DNA from: Clostridia bacterium | GTDB lineage: Bacteria > Bacillota > Clostridia > CAKSNL01 > HGM11501 | Assembly (NCBI GenBank): GCA_030535815.1 | Contig: JAUNRD010000001.1 | Span: 1-24,826, forward strand | Direction: 5' to 3' | Length of the DNA: 24,826 nucleotides | Part shown: one piece after another, positions 8,166 to 15,301 of the stretch | How the letters are laid out: the number at the start of each line of letters is the position of its first letter | How positions within the stretch are numbered: position 1 is the first letter of the stretch | Translations under genes and position numbers: made by a program | The notes under the pieces: generated by a model | The model's input: the letters and a program-made list of their open reading frames with translations, nothing else | Databases searched by the model: none | What the model was told of the DNA's origin: nothing

Positions 8166-9608
8166 ATGAGAAAACTTGAAGGATTAAAGCCCGAAAGCCT
8201 GTTTTCCTATTTTGAAGATATATCAGCAATTCCCAGAGGTTCAGGGGTAAGAAGCGGGATAAGAGACTATCTTGTAAATTTTGCCAAGGAAAGAAATCTT
8301 GAGTTTTATGCCGACGAGGCGGATAATGTAATAATTTATAAAAAAGCATCAGCCGGCTATGAAAATGCAGAAGGAGTTATCCTTCAGAGTCATACCGACA
8401 TTGTGTGGCAGAAAACAGCCGACTGCGATATTGATTTTGAAAAAGAGGGACTCCGCCTTTATGTGGACGGAGATTTCATAAAGGCCGAGGGGACAACCTT
8501 AGGTGCCGACAACGGCCTCGGTGTTGCAGCAGCCCTTGCTGTTCTTGACGACGACAGCCTTTCCCATCCCGCAATAGAGGCAGTATTCACCTCGGATGAG
8601 GAAATCGGAATGATCGGCGCAGGTAAGCTTGATATGACACGACTTTCCGGAAAGAAGCTTATCAATATGGACGCAGAGGAGCCTGAGGTACTGACCGTTT
8701 CCTGCGCAGGCGGAAGCGACTTCATAATAAAAATTCCGGTAGAGAAGATGGAAGCTGCAGGAACCCATATGAATATTAAAATCGCAGGTCTTCTGGGCGG
8801 ACATTCCGGGATTCAGATATCTGAAGGCAGAGTAAACGCCGATATGCTGCTTGGCAGAATCCTTAACCATATGTCAAAACATACATCTTTTTATATAAAG
8901 AGCGTTTCCGGCGGAACAAAGGCAAATGCCATTCCGTTGGAAAGCGAAGCTTTGGTTATAGCAGAAAAGGCAGAAGATTTCAAAGATGAATTTGATAAGT
9001 ATGTTGAAACTGTAAAGGAAGAAATTTCATCAAGAGAGCCTTCTTTTATGGCAGATTGCGAAATTTTGTCAGAAGAAAAAAACGTGGCTTTCAAAAAGAA
9101 TAGTGCCGAAAGGGTAATTGCTCTTCTTACCGTTGCGCCAAACGGAGTTATGGAAATGAGCAAGGAAATAGATAACCTTGTTGAAACTTCGCTGAACCTG
9201 GGAATTCTTGAAACAGCGGAAAATTTCGTTAAAGTTCACTTTGCCCTTCGCAGCAACAAGGAAAGCGCCCTTTATGCCTTAGAGGAAAAAATGACGGCGC
9301 TCACCAGTCTTTTAGGAGCAGAATGTGAAACCTTCGGACACTATCCTCCCTGGGAATTCAAGAAAAATTCACCTCTTCAGGATATATATAAGAGAATTTA
9401 CAAGGAAAAGAACGGAAAAGAGCCTTCTGTCGAGGCAATTCACGCAGGACTTGAATGCGGACTTTTCTCATCGGAGATTGAGGGACTTGATGCGATAGCC
9501 ATCGGCGCACTTCTTATGGATGTTCACACGGTTGGGGAGAAGCTTTCCATCTCATCTACAGAAAGTTTTTATGATATTCTGGTTAAAGTCCTTGAAAATT
9601 GCAGATAA
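8166..9608 (+). CDS. pepD: Aminoacyl-histidine dipeptidase (peptidase M20C)
   Basis: LQSHTDIV, TLGADNG, DEEIGMIG, NMDAEE, GGHSG, HAGLECG and DVHT metal-binding motifs. AAGGAG SD. Confidence 0.93.
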   Translation: MRKLEGLKPESLFSYFEDISAIPRGSGVRSGIRDYLVNFAKERNLEFYADEADNVIIYKKASAGYENAEGVILQSHTDIVWQKTADCDIDFEKEGLRLYVDGDFIKAEGTTLGADNGLGVAAALAVLDDDSLSHPAIEAVFTSDEEIGMIGAGKLDMTRLSGKKLINMDAEEPEVLTVSCAGGSDFIIKIPVEKMEAAGTHMNIKIAGLLGGHSGIQISEGRVNADMLLGRILNHMSKHTSFYIKSVSGGTKANAIPLESEALVIAEKAEDFKDEFDKYVETVKEEISSREPSFMADCEILSEEKNVAFKKNSAERVIALLTVAPNGVMEMSKEIDNLVETSLNLGILETAENFVKVHFALRSNKESALYALEEKMTALTSLLGAECETFGHYPPWEFKKNSPLQDIYKRIYKEKNGKEPSVEAIHAGLECGLFSSEIEGLDAIAIGALLMDVHTVGEKLSISSTESFYDILVKVLENCR

Positions 9609-9662
9609 TTGATATATAAGGAAGGAATAGCGAGACTTTTTCGACGGTTTTATTGAAAAGTC

Positions 9663-9691
9663 TTGCTTTTTTTCCATTTGTATGGTAGAAT
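9663..9691 (+). promoter_or_regulatory. Putative sigmaA promoter for the OPT-PqqD-like unit
   Basis: TTGCTT-N17-TAGAAT with TG extended -10. Confidence 0.55.
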
Positions 9692-9723
9692 CATTCGGTA
9701 TGTACATTTGAAAGGATGATTGG

Positions 9724-11694
9724 ATGGATAACAATAAGCAGTTTACACCTTACGTTCCCGCAAGTAAGGTTACACCCGAGTTAACTGTTACTTCCATTAT
9801 TATGGGTATTCTTCTTGCAGTTATTTTCGGCGCGGCAAACGCATACTTAGGACTCAGAGTAGGTATGACGGTTTCCGCTTCAATTCCCGCGGCAGTTATT
9901 GCAATGGGTGTTATACGCGTACTTATGCGTAAAAACTCTATACTTGAGAGTAATGTTGTGCAGACCATAGGCTCTGCAGGCGAATCATTGGCGGCAGGTG
10001 CAATTTTCACTCTTCCCGCACTCTTTTTGTGGGCAGAAGAAGGTGTTGAGGGAGTTAAAGAACCGGGAATACTTGAAATTACATTAATTGCATTAATCGG
10101 CGGTCTTCTCGGTGTATTTTTCATGGTTCCTCTCCGCAATGCCTTAATCGTTAAGGAGCATGGAATTCTTCCTTATCCCGAAGGTAGTGCCTGTGCGGAA
10201 GTGCTTCTTGCAGGGGAAAAGGGTGGCGCAAATGCATCAACAGTATTTGCAGGTATGGGCTTTGCGGCAATCTTCAAGTTTATAATTGACGGACTTAAAC
10301 TGGTTGCAGGAGAAGTAAGCTTTAACTTCTCTAAAATATTCAAGGGTTATACGGGTGAAATCGGTACACAAATTTATCCCGCTGTAATGAGCGTTGGTTA
10401 TATTTGTGGACCCAGAATTTCTTCTTATATGTTTGCAGGCGGCGTTCTTTCCTGGATGGTACTTATTCCCCTCATCGTTATGTTCGGCGCTGACATTATC
10501 CTTAATGTTGATTCTTTGGATTTTGCAAAGGCTCTTATGGACAAAGGATATACCGAAAGTACTATTTCTGTTGGAGAAATTAATAATATTATGGGAGCAG
10601 GCGGAATATGGAAAGCATACATCCGCTATATCGGTGCAGGTGCGCTTGCTGCAGGAGGCATCATAAGCCTTGTTAAGTCTCTTCCTCTTATTGTGAAAAC
10701 CTTTGGTGGCGCTATAAAGAGCATAAGAAGTGCGGGTAAAGCCTCTGATGCCAGAACGGACCGTGACATAAAAATGCCTGTGGTATTGGGAGCAATCGTT
10801 ATTCTTACTCTTCTTATATGGATTATTCCTGCAATTCCCGTAAGCCTTCTTGGTGCGGCAATTATTGTGGTGTTCGGCTTTTTCTTTGCAACTGTTTCAT
10901 CCCGAATGGTTGGACTTGTCGGAAGCAGTAACAACCCCGTTTCCGGTATGGCTATCGCTACACTTTTAATTGCTACACTTGTGCTCAAAGTTACGGGACA
11001 GACAGGTGGCGCAGGTATGACAAGCGCTATTGCAATAGGCTCTATCATTTGTATAGTATCCGCAATTGCGGGCGACACCAGCCAGGATTTAAAGACAGGT
11101 TATCTTTTAGGCTCAACGCCTAAAAAACAGCAGATAGGTGAAATTATAGGTGTTGTTGCAGCGGCTCTTGCCATAGGCGGAACACTTTACCTTCTTAATG
11201 AGGCGTGGCCTTATGGCTCAAAGGATCTTCCGGCTCCTCAGGCAACGCTTATGAAGATTATTACAGAAGGTGTTATGGAAGGAAATCTTCCCTGGGAATT
11301 GGTTGCAATCGGCGTTGTAATTGCCGTTGTTGTTGAAATAATCGGAATCCCCGTGCTTCCCTTCGCAATCGGTATTTATCTTCCCGTTCAGCTTAATGCC
11401 TGCATTATGGTGGGCGGTCTTATTCGTCTTGCTCTTGATAAGATGAAGAAGGACAAAGAAACCAAAGAAAGAATCGTAAACGACGGTATCCTCTTCTGCT
11501 CCGGTATGATAGCAGGTGAAGGCTTAGTTGGTATTCTCCTTGCACTTCTTGCGGTATTCGGCGTAGGTGAAATGATTGATCTTTCAGCAAAGCTTAATCT
11601 TTCTCCCGCGTTTATGAACATTGGAAGCATAGTGCTTTTTGCAATCATAATTTTAACTGTGCTCAAGTTTTCCGTTTGGAAAATGCGTAAATAG
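9724..11694 (+). CDS. OPT-family oligopeptide transporter
   Basis: ANAYLGLRVGMTVSASIPAAVI, ESNVVQTIGSAGES, LPYPEG, SSNNPVSGM, DTSQDLKTG, LPAPQATLM; many TM helices. Confidence 0.93.
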   Translation: MDNNKQFTPYVPASKVTPELTVTSIIMGILLAVIFGAANAYLGLRVGMTVSASIPAAVIAMGVIRVLMRKNSILESNVVQTIGSAGESLAAGAIFTLPALFLWAEEGVEGVKEPGILEITLIALIGGLLGVFFMVPLRNALIVKEHGILPYPEGSACAEVLLAGEKGGANASTVFAGMGFAAIFKFIIDGLKLVAGEVSFNFSKIFKGYTGEIGTQIYPAVMSVGYICGPRISSYMFAGGVLSWMVLIPLIVMFGADIILNVDSLDFAKALMDKGYTESTISVGEINNIMGAGGIWKAYIRYIGAGALAAGGIISLVKSLPLIVKTFGGAIKSIRSAGKASDARTDRDIKMPVVLGAIVILTLLIWIIPAIPVSLLGAAIIVVFGFFFATVSSRMVGLVGSSNNPVSGMAIATLLIATLVLKVTGQTGGAGMTSAIAIGSIICIVSAIAGDTSQDLKTGYLLGSTPKKQQIGEIIGVVAAALAIGGTLYLLNEAWPYGSKDLPAPQATLMKIITEGVMEGNLPWELVAIGVVIAVVVEIIGIPVLPFAIGIYLPVQLNACIMVGGLIRLALDKMKKDKETKERIVNDGILFCSGMIAGEGLVGILLALLAVFGVGEMIDLSAKLNLSPAFMNIGSIVLFAIIILTVLKFSVWKMRK

Positions 11695-11696
11695 TT

Positions 11697-12032
11697 ATGA
11701 AAAAAGAAGAAAACTATCTTTTAAGAATTCCTTTAAGAAAGGAAAATCTTAACTGGACAACGGACGAAGAGGGAAATGTAACCCTTGAAATAGAAAACAA
11801 AGGCTTTTTTAACCGCCTTTGTCAGAAGCTTTTGAAAAAACCAAAAATTACCTATATTCATCTTGATGAAATGGGAAGCTTTATCTGGCCGCTTTTTTCT
11901 CCCGGCAAAGACATTGTTGCTCTGGGACGTGAGGTTTCGGAAAAGTTCGGCGATAAGGCAGAGCCGCTGTATGAGCGCCTGGCGGAATATATAAAACGCC
12001 TGGAAAGCTATGGCTTTGTGATATTTGAATAA
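11697..12032 (+). CDS. PqqD-like (RRE-fold) small protein
   Basis: Pattern YIHLDEMGSFIW...DIVALGREVSEKFG...LYERLAEYIKRLESYGFV fits the beta-sheet plus three-helix PqqD fold. Located 2 nt after the OPT stop. Confidence 0.7.
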   Translation: MKKEENYLLRIPLRKENLNWTTDEEGNVTLEIENKGFFNRLCQKLLKKPKITYIHLDEMGSFIWPLFSPGKDIVALGREVSEKFGDKAEPLYERLAEYIKRLESYGFVIFE

Positions 12033-12033
12033 T

Positions 12034-12067
12034 AAAAAAAGGAATCGCAGAAGCGATTCCTTTTTTT
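12034..12067. terminator. Bidirectional intrinsic terminator
   Basis: A7-GGAATCGC-AGAA-GCGATTCC-T7. Confidence 0.9.
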
Positions 12068-12069
12068 GC

Positions 12070-12441
12070 TTAAAATCCTTTAGCCATAAGGTATTCCTTT
12101 AATTTTTCAAAGCTTTCTTCGCTTATGTGGTGCTCGATTTTGCAACTGTCCTCATAGGCGGTGTCTTCACTAACACCCATAGCCATCAGTGCCTTTGCGA
12201 TAATTCTGTGGCGCTCATACATGGTTTCTGCAATGGAAAGCCCCTTTTCCGTCAGGGTGATGCTGCCTGATGAATCAATTACAATAAAGCCCTCCTCACG
12301 AAGCTTTTTCATTGCAACGGAAACGCTGGGCTTGGTAACAGAAAGCTCGGTTGCTATGTCAATACTTCTGACGTGGCCGTGTTTTTTATTAAGCATATGT
12401 ATGGTTTCGAGATAATTCTCGCCGGATTCTTTAATAATCAT
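12070..12441 (-). CDS. DtxR/MntR-family metal-dependent transcriptional regulator
   Basis: ENYLETI, wHTH RSIDIATELSVTKPSVSVAMKKL, YERH, DSCKIEHHIS metal-site motifs. Short form with no SH3/FeoA domain. Confidence 0.92.
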   Translation of the reverse strand: MIIKESGENYLETIHMLNKKHGHVRSIDIATELSVTKPSVSVAMKKLREEGFIVIDSSGSITLTEKGLSIAETMYERHRIIAKALMAMGVSEDTAYEDSCKIEHHISEESFEKLKEYLMAKGF

Positions 12442-12470
12442 ATTTATCCCTCTGAAAAGTTATTATATAT

Positions 12471-12499
12471 ATTGTATCATATAAACGGCAAATTGTCAA
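12471..12499 (-). promoter_or_regulatory. sigmaA promoter of the DtxR-family regulator
   Basis: Minus strand TTGACA-N17-TACAAT with TG extended -10. Confidence 0.7.
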
Positions 12500-12601
12500 A
12501 GGTGATTTAATAAGCCTTTTTGCAAAATTCCCTAAATGAGGAATAAAGTGGGCTTTTTAATTGTATAATTTTATAAAAATAAAAAATCTGTAAATTTTTT
12601 C

Positions 12602-12630
12602 TTGACAAAAGGGCACATTGGTGGTATTCT
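12602..12630 (+). promoter_or_regulatory. sigmaA promoter of feoA
   Basis: TTGACA-N17-TATTCT. Confidence 0.7.
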
Positions 12631-12637
12631 ATTTGCG

Positions 12638-12653
12638 GTTAGAGTAAACTAAC
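12638..12653. promoter_or_regulatory. Putative metal-regulator operator, copy 1 (GTTAG-N6-CTAAC)
   Basis: GTTAGAGTAAACTAAC immediately downstream of the feoA -10 box. Confidence 0.7.
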
Positions 12654-12676
12654 TTTAAGGACGGGGTGAGACTTAT

Positions 12677-12889
12677 ATGACATTAAGAGATGCTGAAGAA
12701 GGAAAAGAATACATCATAAAGGCAATTGAGACAGACGATGAGGAACTTGATGCGTTTCTGTTTTCTTTGGGCTGCTATGCCGGTGAAGCAATAACTGTCA
12801 TTTCACACCTTAAAGGCGGATGCGTCGTTTCCATAAAGGACGGCAGATATAATATAGATAATGAGTTAGCCGGGGCTATATCAATTTAA
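12677..12889 (+). CDS. feoA: Ferrous iron transport protein A
   Basis: 70 aa SH3-like pattern (FLFSLGCYAGEAITVI...IKDGRYNID..LA); lies upstream of feoB. Confidence 0.88.
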   Translation: MTLRDAEEGKEYIIKAIETDDEELDAFLFSLGCYAGEAITVISHLKGGCVVSIKDGRYNIDNELAGAISI

Positions 12890-12925
12890 GGCACGCTTTG
12901 GCATAACTTTTTATTTTCCTCATAA

Positions 12926-12941
12926 GTTAGTCGCGACTAAC
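12926..12941. promoter_or_regulatory. Putative metal-regulator operator, copy 2
   Basis: Perfect palindrome GTTAGTCGCGACTAAC between feoA and feoB, just after a possible TTGGCA-N17-CATAAG promoter (12898-12926). Confidence 0.7.
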
Positions 12942-12987
12942 GCATAGGGCGTATATAAAATACAATTAATTTTGAGGAGGAAGTTTT

Positions 12988-15003
12988 ATGAGAATTGCTT
13001 TGGCAGGCAATCCCAACTCAGGTAAAACCACTATGTATAACGGCCTTACCGGAAAAAACGAAAAAGTAGGAAACTGGGCGGGCGTAACTGTTGACAAAAA
13101 GGAAAGTGCCATCAGGAAAAGTCTTTGTAACGGAGAGGAAGGGATAATCGCAGTTGACCTTCCCGGCGCATATTCAATGTCGCCCTTCACATCGGAGGAG
13201 AGCATCACAAGTATCTACGTTAAAAACGAAAATCCCGATGCTATTATAAACATTGTTGATGCTACAAACCTTAGCAGAAGCCTGTTTTTCACCACTCAGC
13301 TTCTGGAGCTTGGAATTCCCGTGGTTGTTGCATTAAATAAGAGCGACATCAACGAAAAAAAGGAAACAAAAATTGACACAAAGCTTTTGTCTGAGCTTTT
13401 GAACTGTCCCGTTGTTGAAACAATTTCCACATCGGCTGACGGACTTTCCGAGGTTGTTTCTGCTGCAATCGGCGTGATTGGAAAAGGACAGGAGGCACCC
13501 TACACCCAGGGGGACATCGACCTTACGGATAAAGCAGTGGTTGTTGCGGCAGACAAAAAGAGGTTTAACTTTGTAAACAAAATCGTTGCTTCTGTTGAAA
13601 CAAGAAAGGTTTTCACAAAAGACAAAAACTTCCAGGATAAGATTGATGCTGTTTTAACCAACAAATGGCTTGGTATTCCGATTTTCGCCGTTGTAATGTG
13701 GTTTGTGTTCTGGGTTTCCCAGGCTTGGCTCGGCCCTATGATTTCAGACCTTCTGGTTGGCTGGATTGAAGCTTTCGGCACTGTTGTTGACGGCTGGATG
13801 GAATCCTCTTCCTCCGAGCTTTTAAAAACACTTGTATCAAGTGCCATTGTTGACGGTGTAGGTGCCGTTGTAAGCTTTTTGCCCCTTGTTATGGTAATGT
13901 ATTTTATGATTGCCCTTTTGGAGGACTGCGGATATATGGCACGTGCAACAGTTGTGCTTGATCCCATATTCAAAAAGGTTGGTCTTTCGGGTAAATCCGT
14001 AATCCCCTTCGTTATCGGTACAGGCTGTGCAATCCCCGGCGTTATGGCGTGCCGTACCATAAGAAATGAGCGTGAAAGAAGAGCAACCGCAATGCTTGCA
14101 CCCTTTATGCCCTGCGGAGCAAAGCTTCCCGTTATTTCCCTCTTTGTAGGTGCTTTCTTTGCAGAGTCTGCCTGGGTTGGAACTGCAATGTACTTTGCAG
14201 GTATCGTAATCATCCTTCTCTGCGCACTTTTGGTCAACAAAATCACTGCCTATAAAGCAAGAAAATCCTTCTTTATCATAGAGCTTCCCGAATATAAATT
14301 CCCCAGTATAAAGCGTGCAGCACTTTCCATGTGTCAGCGTGGCTGGTCATACATAGTAAAGGCAGGTACAATTATTCTTGTATGTAACGTGCTTATAACG
14401 GTTTTAAGCAATCTGACACCTACCTTCAGTCTTGCGGCAGAAAACGGTTCAGATTCAATCCTTGCGTATATCTGCGGTCCCATTGACTGGATTATAATCC
14501 CCGTTATCGGCTTTGCATCCTGGAAGCTGGTTGCCTGTGCAATAACAGGCTTCATCGCAAAGGAAAACGTTGTGGGAACCGTGGCAACCTTGTTCGGTCT
14601 TTCTGCAGTAATCAACGGCGACCTTGAGCTTGTTGGCGAAGGAAGTGTTGTAGCAGATGCATTAGGACTTGTTCCCGCATCGGCTCTTGCTTATATGATG
14701 TTTAACCTCTTCACACCGCCCTGCTTTGCGGCAATCGGAGCAATGAATGCGGAAATGAAGAGCAAGAAATGGCTCTTCGGCGGTATCTGCCTCCAGCTTG
14801 GCGTTGGCTTTACCGTAGGATTTCTTGTATATCAGATTGGCACTTTAATCTCGGAAGGACACTTTGGAAATGGCTTTACAGGCGGACTTATTGCAATTAT
14901 CGTTATGGCGGCAATTGTAGTATACCTTTGCATAAAGTCTGATAAGAAGCTTAAAGCAGAATATGCTCTTAAGGCTGCCCAAAAGGCAAAGGAGAAGGTA
15001 TGA
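12988..15003 (+). CDS. feoB: Ferrous iron transport protein B
   Basis: G1 GNPNSGKT, VGNWAGVTV, DLPGAYS, NKSD, gate motifs GTGCAIPG, PFMPCGAKLP and PPCFAAIG. GAGGAGG SD. Confidence 0.96.
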   Translation: MRIALAGNPNSGKTTMYNGLTGKNEKVGNWAGVTVDKKESAIRKSLCNGEEGIIAVDLPGAYSMSPFTSEESITSIYVKNENPDAIINIVDATNLSRSLFFTTQLLELGIPVVVALNKSDINEKKETKIDTKLLSELLNCPVVETISTSADGLSEVVSAAIGVIGKGQEAPYTQGDIDLTDKAVVVAADKKRFNFVNKIVASVETRKVFTKDKNFQDKIDAVLTNKWLGIPIFAVVMWFVFWVSQAWLGPMISDLLVGWIEAFGTVVDGWMESSSSELLKTLVSSAIVDGVGAVVSFLPLVMVMYFMIALLEDCGYMARATVVLDPIFKKVGLSGKSVIPFVIGTGCAIPGVMACRTIRNERERRATAMLAPFMPCGAKLPVISLFVGAFFAESAWVGTAMYFAGIVIILLCALLVNKITAYKARKSFFIIELPEYKFPSIKRAALSMCQRGWSYIVKAGTIILVCNVLITVLSNLTPTFSLAAENGSDSILAYICGPIDWIIIPVIGFASWKLVACAITGFIAKENVVGTVATLFGLSAVINGDLELVGEGSVVADALGLVPASALAYMMFNLFTPPCFAAIGAMNAEMKSKKWLFGGICLQLGVGFTVGFLVYQIGTLISEGHFGNGFTGGLIAIIVMAAIVVYLCIKSDKKLKAEYALKAAQKAKEKV

Positions 15004-15176
15004 CGGACATAATCATCGGTGCAGTATTGGTAATAATCGTCGGGCTTGCCGTATTCTATATAATAAAAGAAAAGAAAAAAGGCAAAAGGTGCATAGGCTG
15101 TCCCGACGGCGGATGCGATTGCTGTTGCAGCAACCCCGGCAAAGAAAAATGTAATCATAAAAGCTCTGCGGAATAA
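15000..15176 (+). CDS. FeoB-associated Cys-rich small membrane protein (58 aa; absent from the ORF track)
   Basis: ATGA overlap with the feoB stop. Translates as MTDIIIGAVLVIIVGLAVFYIIKEKKKGKRCIGCPDGGCDCCCSNPGKEKCNHKSSAE. Confidence 0.88.
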   Translation: MTDIIIGAVLVIIVGLAVFYIIKEKKKGKRCIGCPDGGCDCCCSNPGKEKCNHKSSAE

Positions 15177-15182
15177 TAAAAA

Positions 15183-15213
15183 TCCCGTGCCGTTAGCGGC
15201 ACGGGACTTTTTT
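15183..15213 (+). terminator. Intrinsic terminator after the feo operon
   Basis: TCCCGTGCCG-TTAG-CGGCACGGGA followed by CTTTTTT. Confidence 0.88.
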
Positions 15214-15232
15214 GAGTAAAAAACAAAATTTG

Positions 15233-15261
15233 TTGATTTTTTTGTCGATATATGATATACT
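15233..15261 (+). promoter_or_regulatory. Putative sigmaA promoter of the SPFH-TIR cassette
   Basis: TTGATT-N17-TATACT with TG extended -10, about 40 nt before ATG 15302. Confidence 0.65.
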
Positions 15262-15301
15262 GGGAAAAATACTTTTAAATATATTTTTAGGGGGATTTAT
15301 A

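Noticed and set aside
13500-14246. 248-aa minus-strand ORF
   Set aside because: Antisense shadow of feoB with no recognisable motif or SD. The same applies to 12966-13208, 14334-14615 and 14832-15158.
14963-15154. 63-aa Arg-rich ORF after feoB
   Set aside because: Wrong frame; the overlapping 15000-15176 frame gives the recognisable Cys-rich membrane peptide.
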